Translations under genes and position numbers: made by a program
The notes under the pieces: generated by a model
The model's database searches: none
The model's input: only the letters and a program-made list of their open reading frames with translations
Told to the model about the DNA's origin: nothing
Source: Octopus sinensis
Lineage: Eukaryota
Reading direction: 5' to 3'
Assembly (NCBI RefSeq): GCF_006345805.1
Contig: NC_043021.1
Coordinates: forward strand, 22,196,001 to 22,260,000
Length of the DNA stretch: 64,000 nucleotides
Shown here: one piece after another, positions 23,596 through 37,477 of the stretch
Position numbering within the stretch: the stretch's first letter is position 1
Layout: every line of letters starts with the position of its first letter

Positions 23596-23731
23596 GGTCA
23601 TCCCTCTCATATGTATATAATACAATTTCCTCAACCTTCAGATTCTAATATTCTAGACCACTGGTATTAAATTGATATTAATTAAATTAAATCCAATTTC
23701 TCACCCTCATATTAAACTTAGATTTATATCA

Positions 23732-23763
<32 letters not shown>

Positions 23764-23784
23764 ATAATATATGTGTGTGTGTGT

Positions 23785-23817
<33 letters not shown>

Positions 23818-23819
23818 AC

Positions 23820-24279
23820 TTCGCAGCAGAACTCTCGATTGTCGGTCTGTCCCTATAGGGGACGAATTCTCGATGCACAATAATATACTGCGGTGCCCCT
23901 CGTGGAAAGTCTTCGATATCGCTCATGTATGTTCGGCTTTTGAAGCGCCGGTGACACTCGAAACAATTTCGTACGTCCCATTGTCTGGTTGACGTAAGCT
24001 TGCAGAAGCATGCTCAATATTTCTGTAGCAGACTTCCTAACTTTAATGGAATATATCATGTTGGCTTTTTTCTGTGACCGTCTATGAGAGAATCGCAATC
24101 TACAGTATACACGTGATCACATATGCACAAATTTCACAACTTGCGAAGTAAACACACCAGTGTCACTCGGCACACAGCTTCATGAGGGTCACTTCTAGCT
24201 CTCACCGCGTACACAATCCTGTGCTGCCTTCTGCTGGCGCGCTACAGAAGTCGTCCGTAAACTTTTTGATACCACCTCG
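23820..24279 (-). mobile_element. Internally deleted mariner fragment with 5' TIR
   Basis: Minus-strand TA|CGAGGTGGTATCAAAAAGTTT TIR. KANMIYSIKVRKSATEILSML and HRRFKS resemble the HTH region; IVHREFVP resembles the catalytic region. Confidence 0.7.
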
Positions 24280-24310
24280 TATATACTCTTTCAGTGAATG
24301 AATCAGTCCT

Positions 24311-24778
24311 TCTTACCAAAATGTGGTCAAAACGGTTGTAAAAGCAATGTTATTGTTCATCTAATTGCAGTGAGCAACTATAGGTGAAAATTGGAGAAAA
24401 GTCTCGAGCGAATAAAAAATAATTATTTGTTTTCAAAATTTTCACAATATCCATTTAAGCCTGTTGTATTTATAGAGCAAACATGAGTGACTAGAAAAGA
24501 AGGTGACAGAAAAAGAAAGCGACAAAGAAAGAAGCATGCGAGTGTGTGCATCCTTTTTTCTGCATATGCGCATGCGTTAAACAAAACAAAATAACATACA
24601 GCCCAGATACACAAACAACTTATTTGAATGGATGTTGTGAAAATTTAGTATACTAATAATTATTTTTTATTCACTTGAGATTTTTCAGCAATTTTAGACT
24701 GTATTTATTCATAACAGTCACGCAGTCGTAAGAGCTAAAAGTAACATCGTATTTTTTTTTACCACATTTTCGTAAGAG
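24311..24778. mobile_element. MITE-like element with long imperfect inverted repeats
   Basis: TCTTACCAAAATGTGGTCAAAA / TTTTTACCACATTTTCGTAAGA termini, plus an internal inverted block (24408-24460 vs 24625-24680). Confidence 0.6.
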
Positions 24779-25079
24779 AGACCGAACCATTCTGTAAATC
24801 AGTAGATATGATAAACAAAAATGTCACCACACCTTCACTAAATGAGATAATAGTTTCTCACACGGCCACTGGACAGAACTGAAATACTAAAATCTGAGAT
24901 GCGAATTTCATCTTTCACAACTTTCTCTCACAACTGTTGATCTGACAGCCATGTTATATATCCACTGGACAAAGGTTTTAATGTGACTTTCTCGCATGAC
25001 TCTTCGCGTGACCTTAACACACGGATGTAGAGGAAAACTGACCGTAAATTCCCTTACTTCACCACATGACCATCTTCGA

Positions 25080-25329
25080 CCGGTGAATCTGTAATGATTA
25101 AGGTTGTTTATGGAAGACCAGAAGTTACCCTTGCACACCAGCCTCCCATCACCGCGCCTCTGATGCTATCTGAGGGAAACGCAAAGGCTCATTTCTACAC
25201 CTGAGTGAACTGGAGCAACGTGAAATAAAGTGTTTTGCTCAGGGGCTCAGCACACAATCCGGTCCGGGAATCGAACTCATTAACTCATGATTGGGAGTAC
25301 GACGCTCCCACCACTGAGCCATTCGCCTT
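25080..25329 (-). mobile_element. tRNA-derived SINE, family C
   Basis: Reverse complement aligns to 57591-57923. Confidence 0.75.
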
Positions 25330-25799
25330 CACAGGATAGCTAAGGTACAACTACTTGAACAAACCGGCACCAACTGTTAGACGGTGACGCTGGAGGTGGG
25401 TGACAAATACAGTTAAAAGACCCATGCGCACACACACATGTATATGTACACGCGACGGGCTTCCGCATAGTTTCTTTCTAGCAAAATAACTCACCGGACA
25501 TTGGTCGGGCCCGCGGCTATAGTAGATGACACTTGCCTAAGTCGCCGCGTGTAGAACTGAACCTGAAATGACGTCGTTGTAAAACCGAACTCCTTAACCA
25601 CACGCCCATACTTGGTAGGGACTTCGGAGGGTTTAGATTTATTTTGGCCGCTCAGATTGTTAGAAACGTTCGATGTTTCTTCCTTATGACATACCTTAAC
25701 TGCCATGAAGGGCAACCACTCGGACGGAACGGGGAGGACTGTCACGGCTGGCAGGTTTTACATCATATATCATTGTCATATAATGCGTGTATAAGAAAG

Positions 25800-26076
25800 A
25801 AAATAACTGTAACAACATCAACAACAAAACTAACAACAACAACGACAACAACACTAATAGTAATAACAACAACAACAACAACAACAATAATAATAATAAT
25901 AATAATAGCAACAAAAACATCAACAAAAATGATAGTGATAATAATAATATTAATGATAATAATGATAATAATAATAACAACGATCAAATAATAATAATAA
26001 TAATGAAAATAAAAATAATAATAATAATAATAATGATTATAATAATAGTGATAATAATGATTATAATAATAATGAA

Positions 26077-26147
<71 letters not shown>

Positions 26148-26190
26148 TGGTGATAATAGTGATTATAACACAAAGTAAGATAATCACAAC
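25800..26190. repeat. (AAC)n/(AAT)n microsatellite
   Basis: Read directly from the sequence. Confidence 0.95.
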
Positions 26191-26414
26191 AACAAATATA
26201 TATCACAAACAAAATTTTGTTTATGTTATTTTATTCAATAAGTAATGTGAAATGCGTCTCAACGACGCAGTAATTAAACATTTTTGTTTAATCAATTTTA
26301 TTCAATACTCCGCCATATTGTGGGAAATTTGAAAGACGTTTGTCTATAATGTTATCTTAGTAAATACATACATACATACACGCATATATTGGAATATTTG
26401 TCTATGTCTATGTA

Positions 26415-26467
<53 letters not shown>

Positions 26468-28140
26468 AGATATATATATACATATATATATATACATTAT
26501 ATAAATATATATATACATATATATATACATATATATAAACTATATTATATTAATATATATAATACATATATATATATATACATATATTTATACATATACA
26601 TATATATATACATATATATATGTATATATATATATATGTATATATATGTTTGTACATATATATATATATATATACATATATATAATGAGAAGAGTTAGAA
26701 TAGATTTTAGTAAATCACTTTTGTCTCCTGTATCTTTCTTTAGAAAAATTTTAAATAGTTTCTATTATGACGTCATATTTATTGGTGATTTTCTTATAAA
26801 AGATGGAGAATTTTTCGGTTTTTTCTTCATATCTTCAATGCTTCAGCAGACACCAACACTAGAAATCATAACAGTAGACTAACTTTTCTTATTTATAACC
26901 ACAACAAGAACAAGAGCAGCAACAACAACAACCCCTAACCCTCACCATCCATTAGAATTAAGTCATTTCACAAACCAAATTATAGACAAAGATTTTATAC
27001 TAAAGTAAATGTAAAAGGAAGAATTGAAGGACTAAAGATAGATAAGTTTCTTTATTGGCCACACAGGGCTGCACACAGATGGGACAAGTTACAAGGTAGA
27101 GCTTTTCTTTTGGGGGATGAAAAAAACAAAAAACAAAAGAAACAAAAAAAAGGGGTGGCGTAGGTTTTCGATCAAGAGGGATCGTAAAAGGGAAGAAAAG
27201 AACAAAAATAAATAAATAAATAAAATAGACAGATAGATAGATGAATAGATAGGTAGATAGAATGAGCGATAGAGAGATAGCCAAGTAGTTAGACAGAGGT
27301 AGCTAGAGAGGTAAATAGATAGGTAAATGGGTTGGTAGGAAAATGGGTAGATAGGTAAATGGGTACTTTGATACATACTTCAACAGCGAGGTTGATAGCT
27401 AAATGGAGAAGAATAAGCAAAGACCTTGCTAGCAAGATAGATTGACATAAAATACACAGATAGATTGTCAGTTGGCTAGATACAAGGATAGATTGACGGG
27501 TAGATGAATAGACAGACAGACAGACAGACTGATATATAGATAGATAGATAGAAATAGATAGAATGATAACTTTTTATTGTGGCCACACAGGGCTAAACAG
27601 AGAATAAAAATGGACGAAATACGTAGTTTTTTCTTTTCGAGGTGGGATGGGTGGGACATACAAATAAAAAAAAAACGTTCGATCAATAGGGATCTGTGGG
27701 TTGTGTGGTGTATAAAAAAGCAATATATATATATAAAGTTCACAGTTTAGGTGTAGCCTTAGAAAGAAAAACCTACAAAAAAGATCAAGATCATCTCAGA
27801 CAGTTCGAAAATGAACACATGAGTAAGTCGCCTTGCCTCTCGTTGTCTCTTTTGGTCACAGATTTACGCTTAAAATAGTGTCGTCTATCATACTGACCAT
27901 TTTTGCCACTTTTACCCACTTTTTATTAAAGCATTCGTTCGGATAGATAGATGGATAGATAGATGGATGGATAGATGGATGGATAGATAGATGGATGGAT
28001 GGATGGATAGATGGATAGATGCATGGATAGATAGATAGATAGATACATAGATAGATAGATGGATAGATGGATGGATAGATGGATAGATGGATAGGTAGGT
28101 AGATAGGTAGATAGATAGATGGATAGATAGATGGATAGAC

Positions 28141-28210
<70 letters not shown>

Positions 28211-29992
28211 GGTGAATGAATAAAGGGATAGATGGAAAATAGTTGTATGGAAGTATATGAAGTTTCTTTTCTTATACCTGGTGGTACTTCGTTATGGTAA
28301 CGTTGAATTTGTACAGTGGATATATAAAAGGCTGCCATTTGAGGTTTGACTCCAACCTTTACTAGTTCTTTAATAGAAATTCAAAGATTAACTTTCAATT
28401 CATACATATATATCGTTAAATATATATTTTTTTATATATCATCCGTGGAAATGAATACAGCTTAATGGAACAGATTATCCTACAAGCTATTCAATTGAAT
28501 TTCGAAATACTCCAGTTGTTCAAAAAATATTTTAATACAAGGGATTTCTAATTGAATACGTTTCGCACAAGAATGAAGTCATTTGAAATAGTGTTAAAAT
28601 GTTTAGAAAACGTGAAAATGAAAATATAGCATTGCTCTATATAAAACCACAAAATATCGTACGACACAAGCTTGGAGTTACAGGACATAAATGCATGTAT
28701 ATATGTTTATTTGTAATATTATATACACTTGCTGGAAATACATAGAATTGTATATCATTTTTGTGGTACATTCAGTCAAATTATAAGCTCTATGTCGAGA
28801 ACTGGTGACTTGGTGAAGAAATGTAAACAAATTACGTCATTGAAATGTGAAAAGGTAGTTTTTCGGCAGACGAGAGAGGAAAATGGGTGATAAAACATAG
28901 CATACAATGCGGAAAGAACAAGATAAAATCATCATGGTTATTGTGTAGGATGTATATATGGAAAGGTAAAATGTTGTTCACGTTTAGAATCTTTAGTACA
29001 GCAATGTGTAACGAAAAAAAAAGAAGCGACGACCTTAGTCAGAAACGTTTGATGACAACGCCAGACGACAGAGTCAGACAACGCCAGACGACAATATCAG
29101 GCGACAAAAATATTATGAAATGGTGGAATGAAGTGAAAGTTATAAAGTGATTTGAAGGTAGAACATATATATGGAAAATAACTACTGAAGTTCCTTAAGG
29201 ATGTCTTTGCTATTTTTCGGTGAATCAGTCCTTGAGCTTGTTGCATTTGATATGGAAAAAGCAACAGGTCGTCAGACATCGTTTCGCCGTTCTAAAGGAT
29301 AAGCTATTATATGTTTCTTATATTGTAACAAAAGTATGCTGGTTGCTGTAGATGTTAGAACTTTTTTTTTAATAACTGAAGGTGTTGAGTGCCAACTCGT
29401 AGACGGCAAGTGTTGTTGAAACGGCTGCTGCATGTTCCAAAGAAAATTGTACGAAGATTGTCTTTTGTGAAACATTTTAGAAATATCGATAAAACAGAAA
29501 ACTGTTAAGCAAAGGACAGCATATAAAAGTTCATGAATAATAACGAAATCGTTGACGTTGTTAAAAAGCGTGACGTAAACTCGAAAATATTTCGTTGTCA
29601 TATTATAATAAGGCGCAGGTATAGCCTTCTGGTTAAGAAACTCGGTTTGTAACTACATGGTTGTGGGTTCAGTCCAACTACACGGCAGCTTGAGTGTCTT
29701 CAACTTATAGCCTCGGGACAATGGATGCTGCGTGATTTAATTTTCTACGGGTTCATATACATACATACATATGTGCACACAAGCATACATATGTGTATAT
29801 GTGTATAATGTATATACACATATATACACAATACATATATGCCTATATATATACATACACACACACATATATATATATATGTATTTATATACATGTATTT
29901 ATATATATGTACGTATGTATCTATATATGAATATATGTGTGTATATATATCTATAATATATATATATATATATATATGTATATGTGTGTGTG

Positions 29993-30033
<41 letters not shown>

Positions 30034-30154
30034 TTGCGTAGGTGTCATTAATACTATTATTATCCAATGTAACTATTTTAAAAATGCTAATAACAAAATC
30101 AATGACAGGCGATTGCAGGCCAAAAATAGCATTAAATAGCCGAGGGATTAAAAT

Positions 30155-30310
30155 TAATCAAAGGACATACTAAGTATGTCTACCTGCTTGAAATAACAGT
30201 CAAAACTCTCATTGACATCTGTAGCTTTTCAACTGTGTTTTTTGGCGATTTGATGTGAGTTTTTACTGTTATTTCAAGCAGGTAGACATACTTAGTATGT
30301 CCTTTGATTA
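30155..30310. repeat. Fold-back, 54-bp arms
   Basis: 30155-30208 vs 30257-30310, 1 mismatch; the right end abuts (TA)n. Confidence 0.9.
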
Positions 30311-30314
30311 TATA

Positions 30315-30360
<46 letters not shown>

Positions 30361-30362
30361 GT

Positions 30363-30591
30363 ATATATAAAAGGAAATGAAGAAAATGCTGACAAAATAA
30401 TTTTAGTAATTTAAGTAATTTAATTAGGTGAAAGTTCTTTTTACCGGTGGCATTTGTTATGCCTATCAAAATATGTTTTTTAAGAGATTGATAGAGTTAC
30501 TTCTGACCGGTAAAAAGAACTGTCGCCTAAGTAAATTACTTAAATTACTTAAATTATTTTGTCAGCATTTCTTCATTTCCTTTTTATATAT
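30363..30591. repeat. Fold-back, ~85-bp arms, inside (TA)n
   Basis: 30363-30448 vs 30506-30591. Confidence 0.9.
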
Positions 30592-30615
30592 CACAACTCG
30601 TGTTCCACATCTCCT

Positions 30616-30692
<77 letters not shown>

Positions 30693-31519
30693 GATATGAT
30701 ATGATATGAGTTGTTTGGCTCACTTGTTATCTAAACGAATAGGTGTACTGGGCAAGTGGTATAATTGGTCGACCATTATGTTCCAAGATCACAGTTATGG
30801 CTAGATCTAGGGATCCGTATTACGGTTCCGTTATAGTGCTAGTCGAGCATATTTGGTCTTTCATGAAAATCCCTCTCTCTTGTCATTCACTTGGTCTAAC
30901 TCGTTAATTATTCCCTGCATTTCTCAAATAAAAAAAATGTGCCCGTTTGAAAGCCAAAACGCATGATAACGCGTCTTCGCAAAACTCAAAATTGCGCAGA
31001 GTCATCCAGAGTGTCTGCAAAAGCGCACGCGCATCCAACTGTCATATGTAAAATTATCTCAGTCCAATCAAAAAACAGTCATTTTGCCAATTATAGATAT
31101 AGAGATTTTAAGCAAACGTTCACAAATTCGCTGATAAACTGGAAAATCCAGAAATCCTGAACAATTCCGTTCCTGAATTGGATAAATTGGTCTGGTACAG
31201 TATTGAGGCGTGATACATAACAAAGCGAGGGAAATGCAGAGTTTTAAAGTGTTATTTCCCTTGCTATGGTTTAATATTTTTATATTAAACTTCTGTTACG
31301 TCCCTTGTATTAAATACTTTTGTTACCTGAAACATAAGGGGTCGGTTAATCGATTTTTTAAAAAGGTTTTCAAGGGTAACTGGGAAATGAAAAGATCTTC
31401 ACAACCACCCATGGACGGTTTTCAATGACCATAGAAAGTGCGAGCCCTATATATATATATATATGTATATGTGTATGTATGTATATGTATGTATATGTAT
31501 GTGTATATATATATATATG

Positions 31520-31562
<43 letters not shown>

Positions 31563-31814
31563 GTATATATATGTATTTGTATGTATATGTATATATATAT
31601 GTATATGTATGTATATATATATAGATATCTATATATATAGTATATGTATGTATGTATATATATATAGATGTATGTATGTATGTATGTATATATATATATA
31701 TATACAAATATGTTATGTATGTATAATATATATATGTATAAGTATGTATATATATATATATATGTATATGTATGTATATATACATTATATAGATAGAGTA
31801 TATATATGTATGAT

Positions 31815-31848
<34 letters not shown>

Positions 31849-32078
31849 ATGTATCTATATAATATGTATATATATATATGATATGTATGTATATATATAT
31901 GATATATATATTTTGGTATATGTATGTATTATATATATATGTATATGTATGTATAAATATATATATGTTATATGTATGTATATATATATATGTGTGTATA
32001 TGTATATATATGTGTGTATGTATAGATATTTATGTATTTGTGATATGATATATGTATATGTATATTATGTATATGTAT

Positions 32079-32113
<35 letters not shown>

Positions 32114-32240
32114 TATACGTATATGTATGTGATATACATATATAGTGTGTAATATATGAATGTATATATATATGTATATGTATATATATATATGCATATA
32201 TATGTATATATATGGATATATATATATGTATATATATATA

Positions 32241-33625
32241 TACTTTGATACTTTGATACCTTGATAGGTTTCGGCCATTATTGGCCCAGGCCATGTCTAA
32301 CTTAATAGCACCACCTGGTGAAGTCTTTCAAGTCAGAATTTGGGCACTATGGCCCACTCAAGTAGAGAGTTATTGTTTACAGAGACATATCCGGGTGTAG
32401 GGGGTTTATCCGGGATTTCTTGAAGGAATCTGTCCAAAGACTTCTTGAACCCTATAGGGTCAGTTTCTGTTTTAATGTGTTTTGGGGCCAATTGAGGTGA
32501 AATAATTGTGCCGTATTGTTGTTATGAGATGAGAGTGCGATTTTTGTTTTGGGCGGATGGCACGGGGCCCAAGCCTTGGATGTACCTTAAAGGTGATGCC
32601 CACCATTTGGGCAATGCTGATGGAAATATTTTCCACATCATTGCAGATGATGTAGCGCTCACGACGACTGGAGAGAATAGAGTTTTAGCTTTTCTAGTCG
32701 ACCCAAATAGTCGAGGCCTGTCATGCCATCTATCTTTTTTGTGATTGCCCTTTGAGTGCTTCAACTTTTATGAACCTTGTATTGTGTGGGGAGACCAAAG
32801 TGGACAACAGTATTCAAGGTGGGGTCGGGCAAAAGTGGAGAAGAGAAGGATAATGGTGTGGATATCTCTCGACGGAAAGTTCTGAGAATCCAGGAACACA
32901 TTCTGGCGGGCCATGTCAACTTTGGTGTTTATATGAGTGCCCCCAGCTTATGTGTTGTCCACAATTACTCCCAAAGTCTCTGATGTTGTTGGACGCCGCG
33001 AGAGTTTCACCTGAAGGAAGCGAGTAGGGAGTTTCAGGGCATCCTCTTTCCAAAGTGGATTAGCTCAAATTTATCCTCGTTCAGCAGCATATTGTTTTTT
33101 TCTGCCCATTGGATAACAGCCAGTAGATCTGACTGAAGGCATGTCCGGTCACTCGCCTCATTATGACCTTCTGTAGCTTGGAGTCATCTGCAAAGATTTT
33201 TATGTTGCTGTGCTTGATGATGTCATTAATGTCATTAATGTAAATGATGAAAAGAAGTGGCCCAGCACAGTGCCTTGCGGACGCCACTACTGACTTTGGC
33301 TGGGCTTGATTTTACCCTTTCAACTACAACATGTTGAGATCTGTCTGTCAGGAAACACTTGATCCATTTCAGTAACTTTCCAGAGACACCATGTTGGATA
33401 GTTTTTTCAATAGGATCTTGTGATCGACCCTGTCGAAGGCCTTACTGAAATCAAGGTAGATGACATCGGTGTTGGAGCCCTCTCCCAAAGCTCTCAAAAT
33501 GTCCTCAAAGTGATGCAGGAGCTGCGTTAGGCAGTCCCTTCCATTACGGAACCCATGTTGGTTGGAGATCAGCCGTCTATTGCTTTCCAGAAATTGGGTT
33601 ATTCGAGATCTCACCACCCTCTCAA
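32241..33625 (-). mobile_element. 5'-truncated CR1/L2-group LINE with (TATCAAAG)n tail
   Basis: [41 protein letters not shown] and IFADDSK. The 8-mer 3' tail is at 32241-32266. Confidence 0.9.
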
Positions 33626-33800
33626 ATACCTCTCAAATATGAATATGTATGCATATATATATATGTATATGTATGTATATATTATATATATATGTATATG
33701 TATGTATATATATATATGTATATGTATGTATATATATATATGTGTGTATATGTATATATATATGTGTATATGTATATATATATATATGTATATGTATATA

Positions 33801-33835
<35 letters not shown>

Positions 33836-33955
33836 ATATATGTATATGTATATATCTATATATATGTATATGTATATATATATGTATATGTATATATACA
33901 TGTATATGTATATGTATATGTATGTATATATATATATGTATATATATGTATGTGT

Positions 33956-33988
<33 letters not shown>

Positions 33989-34690
33989 AGTATATATATA
34001 TGTATATCTATGTATATGTATGTATATATATATATATGTATATGTATATGTATATAAATGTGTATATGTATATATATATATATATGTATATGTATATGTA
34101 TATATGTGTGTATATGTATATACTTATGTAGGCATATGTATATATATATATATATATATATGTATATGTATATATGTATGTAGGTATATGTATATATATA
34201 TATATGTATGTATATATATATATATGTAGATATATGTATATATATATATGTATGTATATGTATATATGTATATATTTATATATATGTATGTATATGTATA
34301 TATGTATATTTATATATATGTATGTATATGTATATATGTATATATATATGTATGTATATGTATATATATATGTATGTATAAGTGTATATATATATATATA
34401 TGTATCTGTATATATGTACATATTTATATATATGTATGTATATGTATATATTTATATATATGTATGTATTTGTATATATGTATATATATATGTATGTTTG
34501 TATATATATATATATATACTAATTAATTAAGGGTTCAGCAACGACTTGCCTCACCACACACCGAATTTAGAAATAGCAGTCAAAAAGTTTTGGCTATTGA
34601 TACCATGAGTTGCGGTGATGTCTTCTAGTGCCTTCAAATTTAATACACAATTATTAATAATTGAGACGCAATTATTTATGATTGAAGAGT

Positions 34691-34782
34691 CCTACGCTGA
34701 GGAGGAGAATAGTCAGGTAAGACATAATTATTTAATTTTTATGCCCTGCAATTGATTTAATTCCGAAACGTACGTCCGTAGG
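34691..34782 (+). ncRNA. Type-I hammerhead ribozyme
   Basis: CCTACG-CTGAGGA-GG...CC-GAAA-CGTACG-TC-CGTAGG, with a long stem II (CATAA/TTATG); predicted cut after C34776. Confidence 0.85.
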
Positions 34783-35287
34783 TGACTTAATATAGAATGA
34801 TTTCCGTCATTTCTTTCTCTTTTGTCTGCGTCGTTTGCTTTTTAAGTGCTTTGGTGTTCCTGGGATCTCCCTTTTAAGTAGAAGGAATAGCCAAAACTTT
34901 TTGACTGCTATTTCTAAATTCGGTGTGTGGTGAGGCAAATCGTTGCTAAACCCTTAATTAATTAGTATTACTTAAACCTTCCTTGAATGGGTCTTTTACA
35001 TGCCGAACTCTACTTGATGAAATTAATGATTATTTCTGAATTAATTAATTTCACCCTATATTATTGATAATTGTATTTCATCCCAGTAAAACAACCGTAG
35101 CATCTTATTTTTGGCAGCACGCTTGCGGAAGGGGGATGGTGACATACTCTCTTTCACCCTTTGAATCCGTTGGTACTGGTAAGGCTTACCTTACCAGTAC
35201 CATGAGTTGAGGTGATGTCTTCTAGTGCCTTCAAATTTAATACACAATTATTAATAATTGAGACGCAATTATTTATGATTGAAGAGT

Positions 35288-35378
35288 CCTACTCTGAGGA
35301 GGAAAATAGTCAGGTAAGACATAATTATTTAATTTTTATGCTCTACAATGACTTGATTCCGAAACGTACGTCCGTAGG
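35288..35378 (+). ncRNA. Type-I hammerhead ribozyme, second copy
   Basis: CCTACT-CTGAGGA-GG...AGTCA/TGACT...CC-GAAA-CGTACG-TC-CGTAGG. One stem I mismatch; predicted cut after C35372. Confidence 0.75.
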
Positions 35379-35403
35379 TAACTTAATATAGAAGGATTCC
35401 CTA

Positions 35404-35487
<84 letters not shown>

Positions 35488-35781
35488 TTATATATATATA
35501 TTTCAACAATTGAGGGTAAATTAATTAATTAATCAATTTCACCAAGTATTCAGTATGCAAGGGACCATTTAAGGCGAATTCAAATTATTACATTATATAA
35601 AAGGGCTTAGTAAAATAAATTACTTTGCCGCATACTGAACTCATTAGAAATAGCAGCTAAAAAAACTTTTTTAAAACTATTTCTAATACTTAAAGAAAAC
35701 CTCTCTCATATCGTGTTTGCTCAATTCAACTCACGAAAATATGGGGGTAGAGACATTAAAAAATCAAATGCAAAGGTTATT

Positions 35782-35834
35782 TGAGAACGTACGTTTCAAG
35801 ATTAGTCAAACTCGACATTTCTATCATCAGCTCA
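35782..35834 (-). ncRNA. Type-I hammerhead ribozyme motif, partly decayed
   Basis: Minus strand reads TGAG-CTGATGA-TAGAAATGTC-GAGTTT-GACTAATCTT-GAAA-CGTACG-TT-CTCA. Confidence 0.6.
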
Positions 35835-37377
35835 GAACTCCCTGGTTTGGATTTGAAAACACTGAATGTGGGAGCATACCCTTTCGGCTTCTTATCGCTT
35901 CTGAAGATCTGCTCGTAACTAATATATATATATATATATGCGTTTATGAATTTGTGTTGCAAAATTCCTGATGTGAAATCGTGTGTTGAAGCAGATGTTG
36001 TTGTATTTCGGGATGGTCTTTTCTTTTTCGCCAATTAAACACACGTATATATTCGTTTTTCACTCGTTTATTACTGTTCTTATTTGAACTTATGGCCATT
36101 GTCAGGAAATCTTTCGTGACCTCTTTCCGATCTTGTGTATGCTCTTGCTCGTTGTGAATGCTTTTGTATTTGTTCCCCGTCACCTCTTGACAACGCGAAT
36201 TGGTTTGTTTATGTCCCCTTTTATCTGGAAGTTTGGCCAGAGAGACCGATGAAATGTGTACCAGACTCCAAATAAGAAAGATAACTTTGTTCGACAAAAT
36301 TATGTCGAGGTGGTGCCAGGCTATGGCCGTAGTCCAAAGATTCGAACAAATAAGAACTTTGTTTTCCAACCACAACGTTCCGCGTTCAATCCTTAATGTT
36401 TTCTACTATAGTTTCGGGTTGATCAAAGTGGATTTAATAGACGGAAACTGGAAAGAATCTCATCGTATAATACCTGTGTGTATGTGTGTATATATGTGTG
36501 TGTGTGTGTGTCTTTGTGTCTATGTTTCTCTCTCATTACAGTTCGGTAACCCATGGTAACGAAACACTTTCACAAGAGACCGTAAGTAGGTTAGAGGCTT
36601 CAACGAAAGAAATAAGTAGTACGGTTGATCCGTTTGACAAAAAACTTCCTGCAAAGGAGATGCTGTAGCACGGCCGCAGTCTATCGACTGAAAAGTCGTG
36701 AGGGTTGAGAAAGATGTAAGATTAGGTGCAGAAGCTATGGCCGTTGGTTGGTTCCAACCCGTTTAGAATTCGTGGACATCAGGGTAGAGTTTGGAGACGA
36801 AAGAGAGTTCAGAACGATAATATAAACTGAATAATGTAAGGTCGTATCATTAAGAAAGAAGGAACACTGTACAGAAGCTAATGGATGGACTTAAGATACG
36901 AAATGGCGAATGTTGATAGATAGATAGGTAAATAGATAGAGAGAGAGACAGACATACAGACAGACAGATAGATAAGTAGATAGAGATATAGATAGGTAGA
37001 CAGATAGATAGATAGTTAAGTAGGTAGGTAGATAAATAGGTAGGTAGGCAAATAAGCTGGTAGACAGGGAGGTAAATAGATAGGTAGTTAGATAAATAGG
37101 TAGGTAGGTAGAGAGAGAGAGAGTGTGTGTGTGTGTAAGACAAAGAGCGGGAGAGAGACATATAGATAGGTAGGTAAGTAGAAACAGATATGATCTAAAT
37201 ACAGACAGATACAAATATATGTGTGGTTGTGTGTGTGGTTGTATCTGTACATACACACAAGGAATATGTCGAAAGAGTGATTTGCATACGTAGATCTACT
37301 AAGATAGCTCTAGAAAGAATGAGACGAACGTCATATGTATGCATGAGGGATTTGCGTGTGTATGTTTGAGCGCGTGT

Positions 37378-37477
37378 NNNNNNNNNNNNNNNNNNNNNNN
37401 NNNNNNNNNNNNNNNNNNNNNNNNNNNNNNNNNNNNNNNNNNNNNNNNNNNNNNNNNNNNNNNNNNNNNNNNNNNNN
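37378..37477. other. Assembly gap (100 N)
   Basis: Read directly from the sequence. Confidence 1.

Larger units (their letters stand above)
34517..35397 (+). mobile_element. Penelope-type pseudo-LTR structure: two direct repeats, each with an HHR, plus an inverted tail
   Basis: Direct repeats 34603-34800 and 35197-35395; inverted repeat 34517-34598 / 34886-34967; (TA)n on both flanks. Confidence 0.7.
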
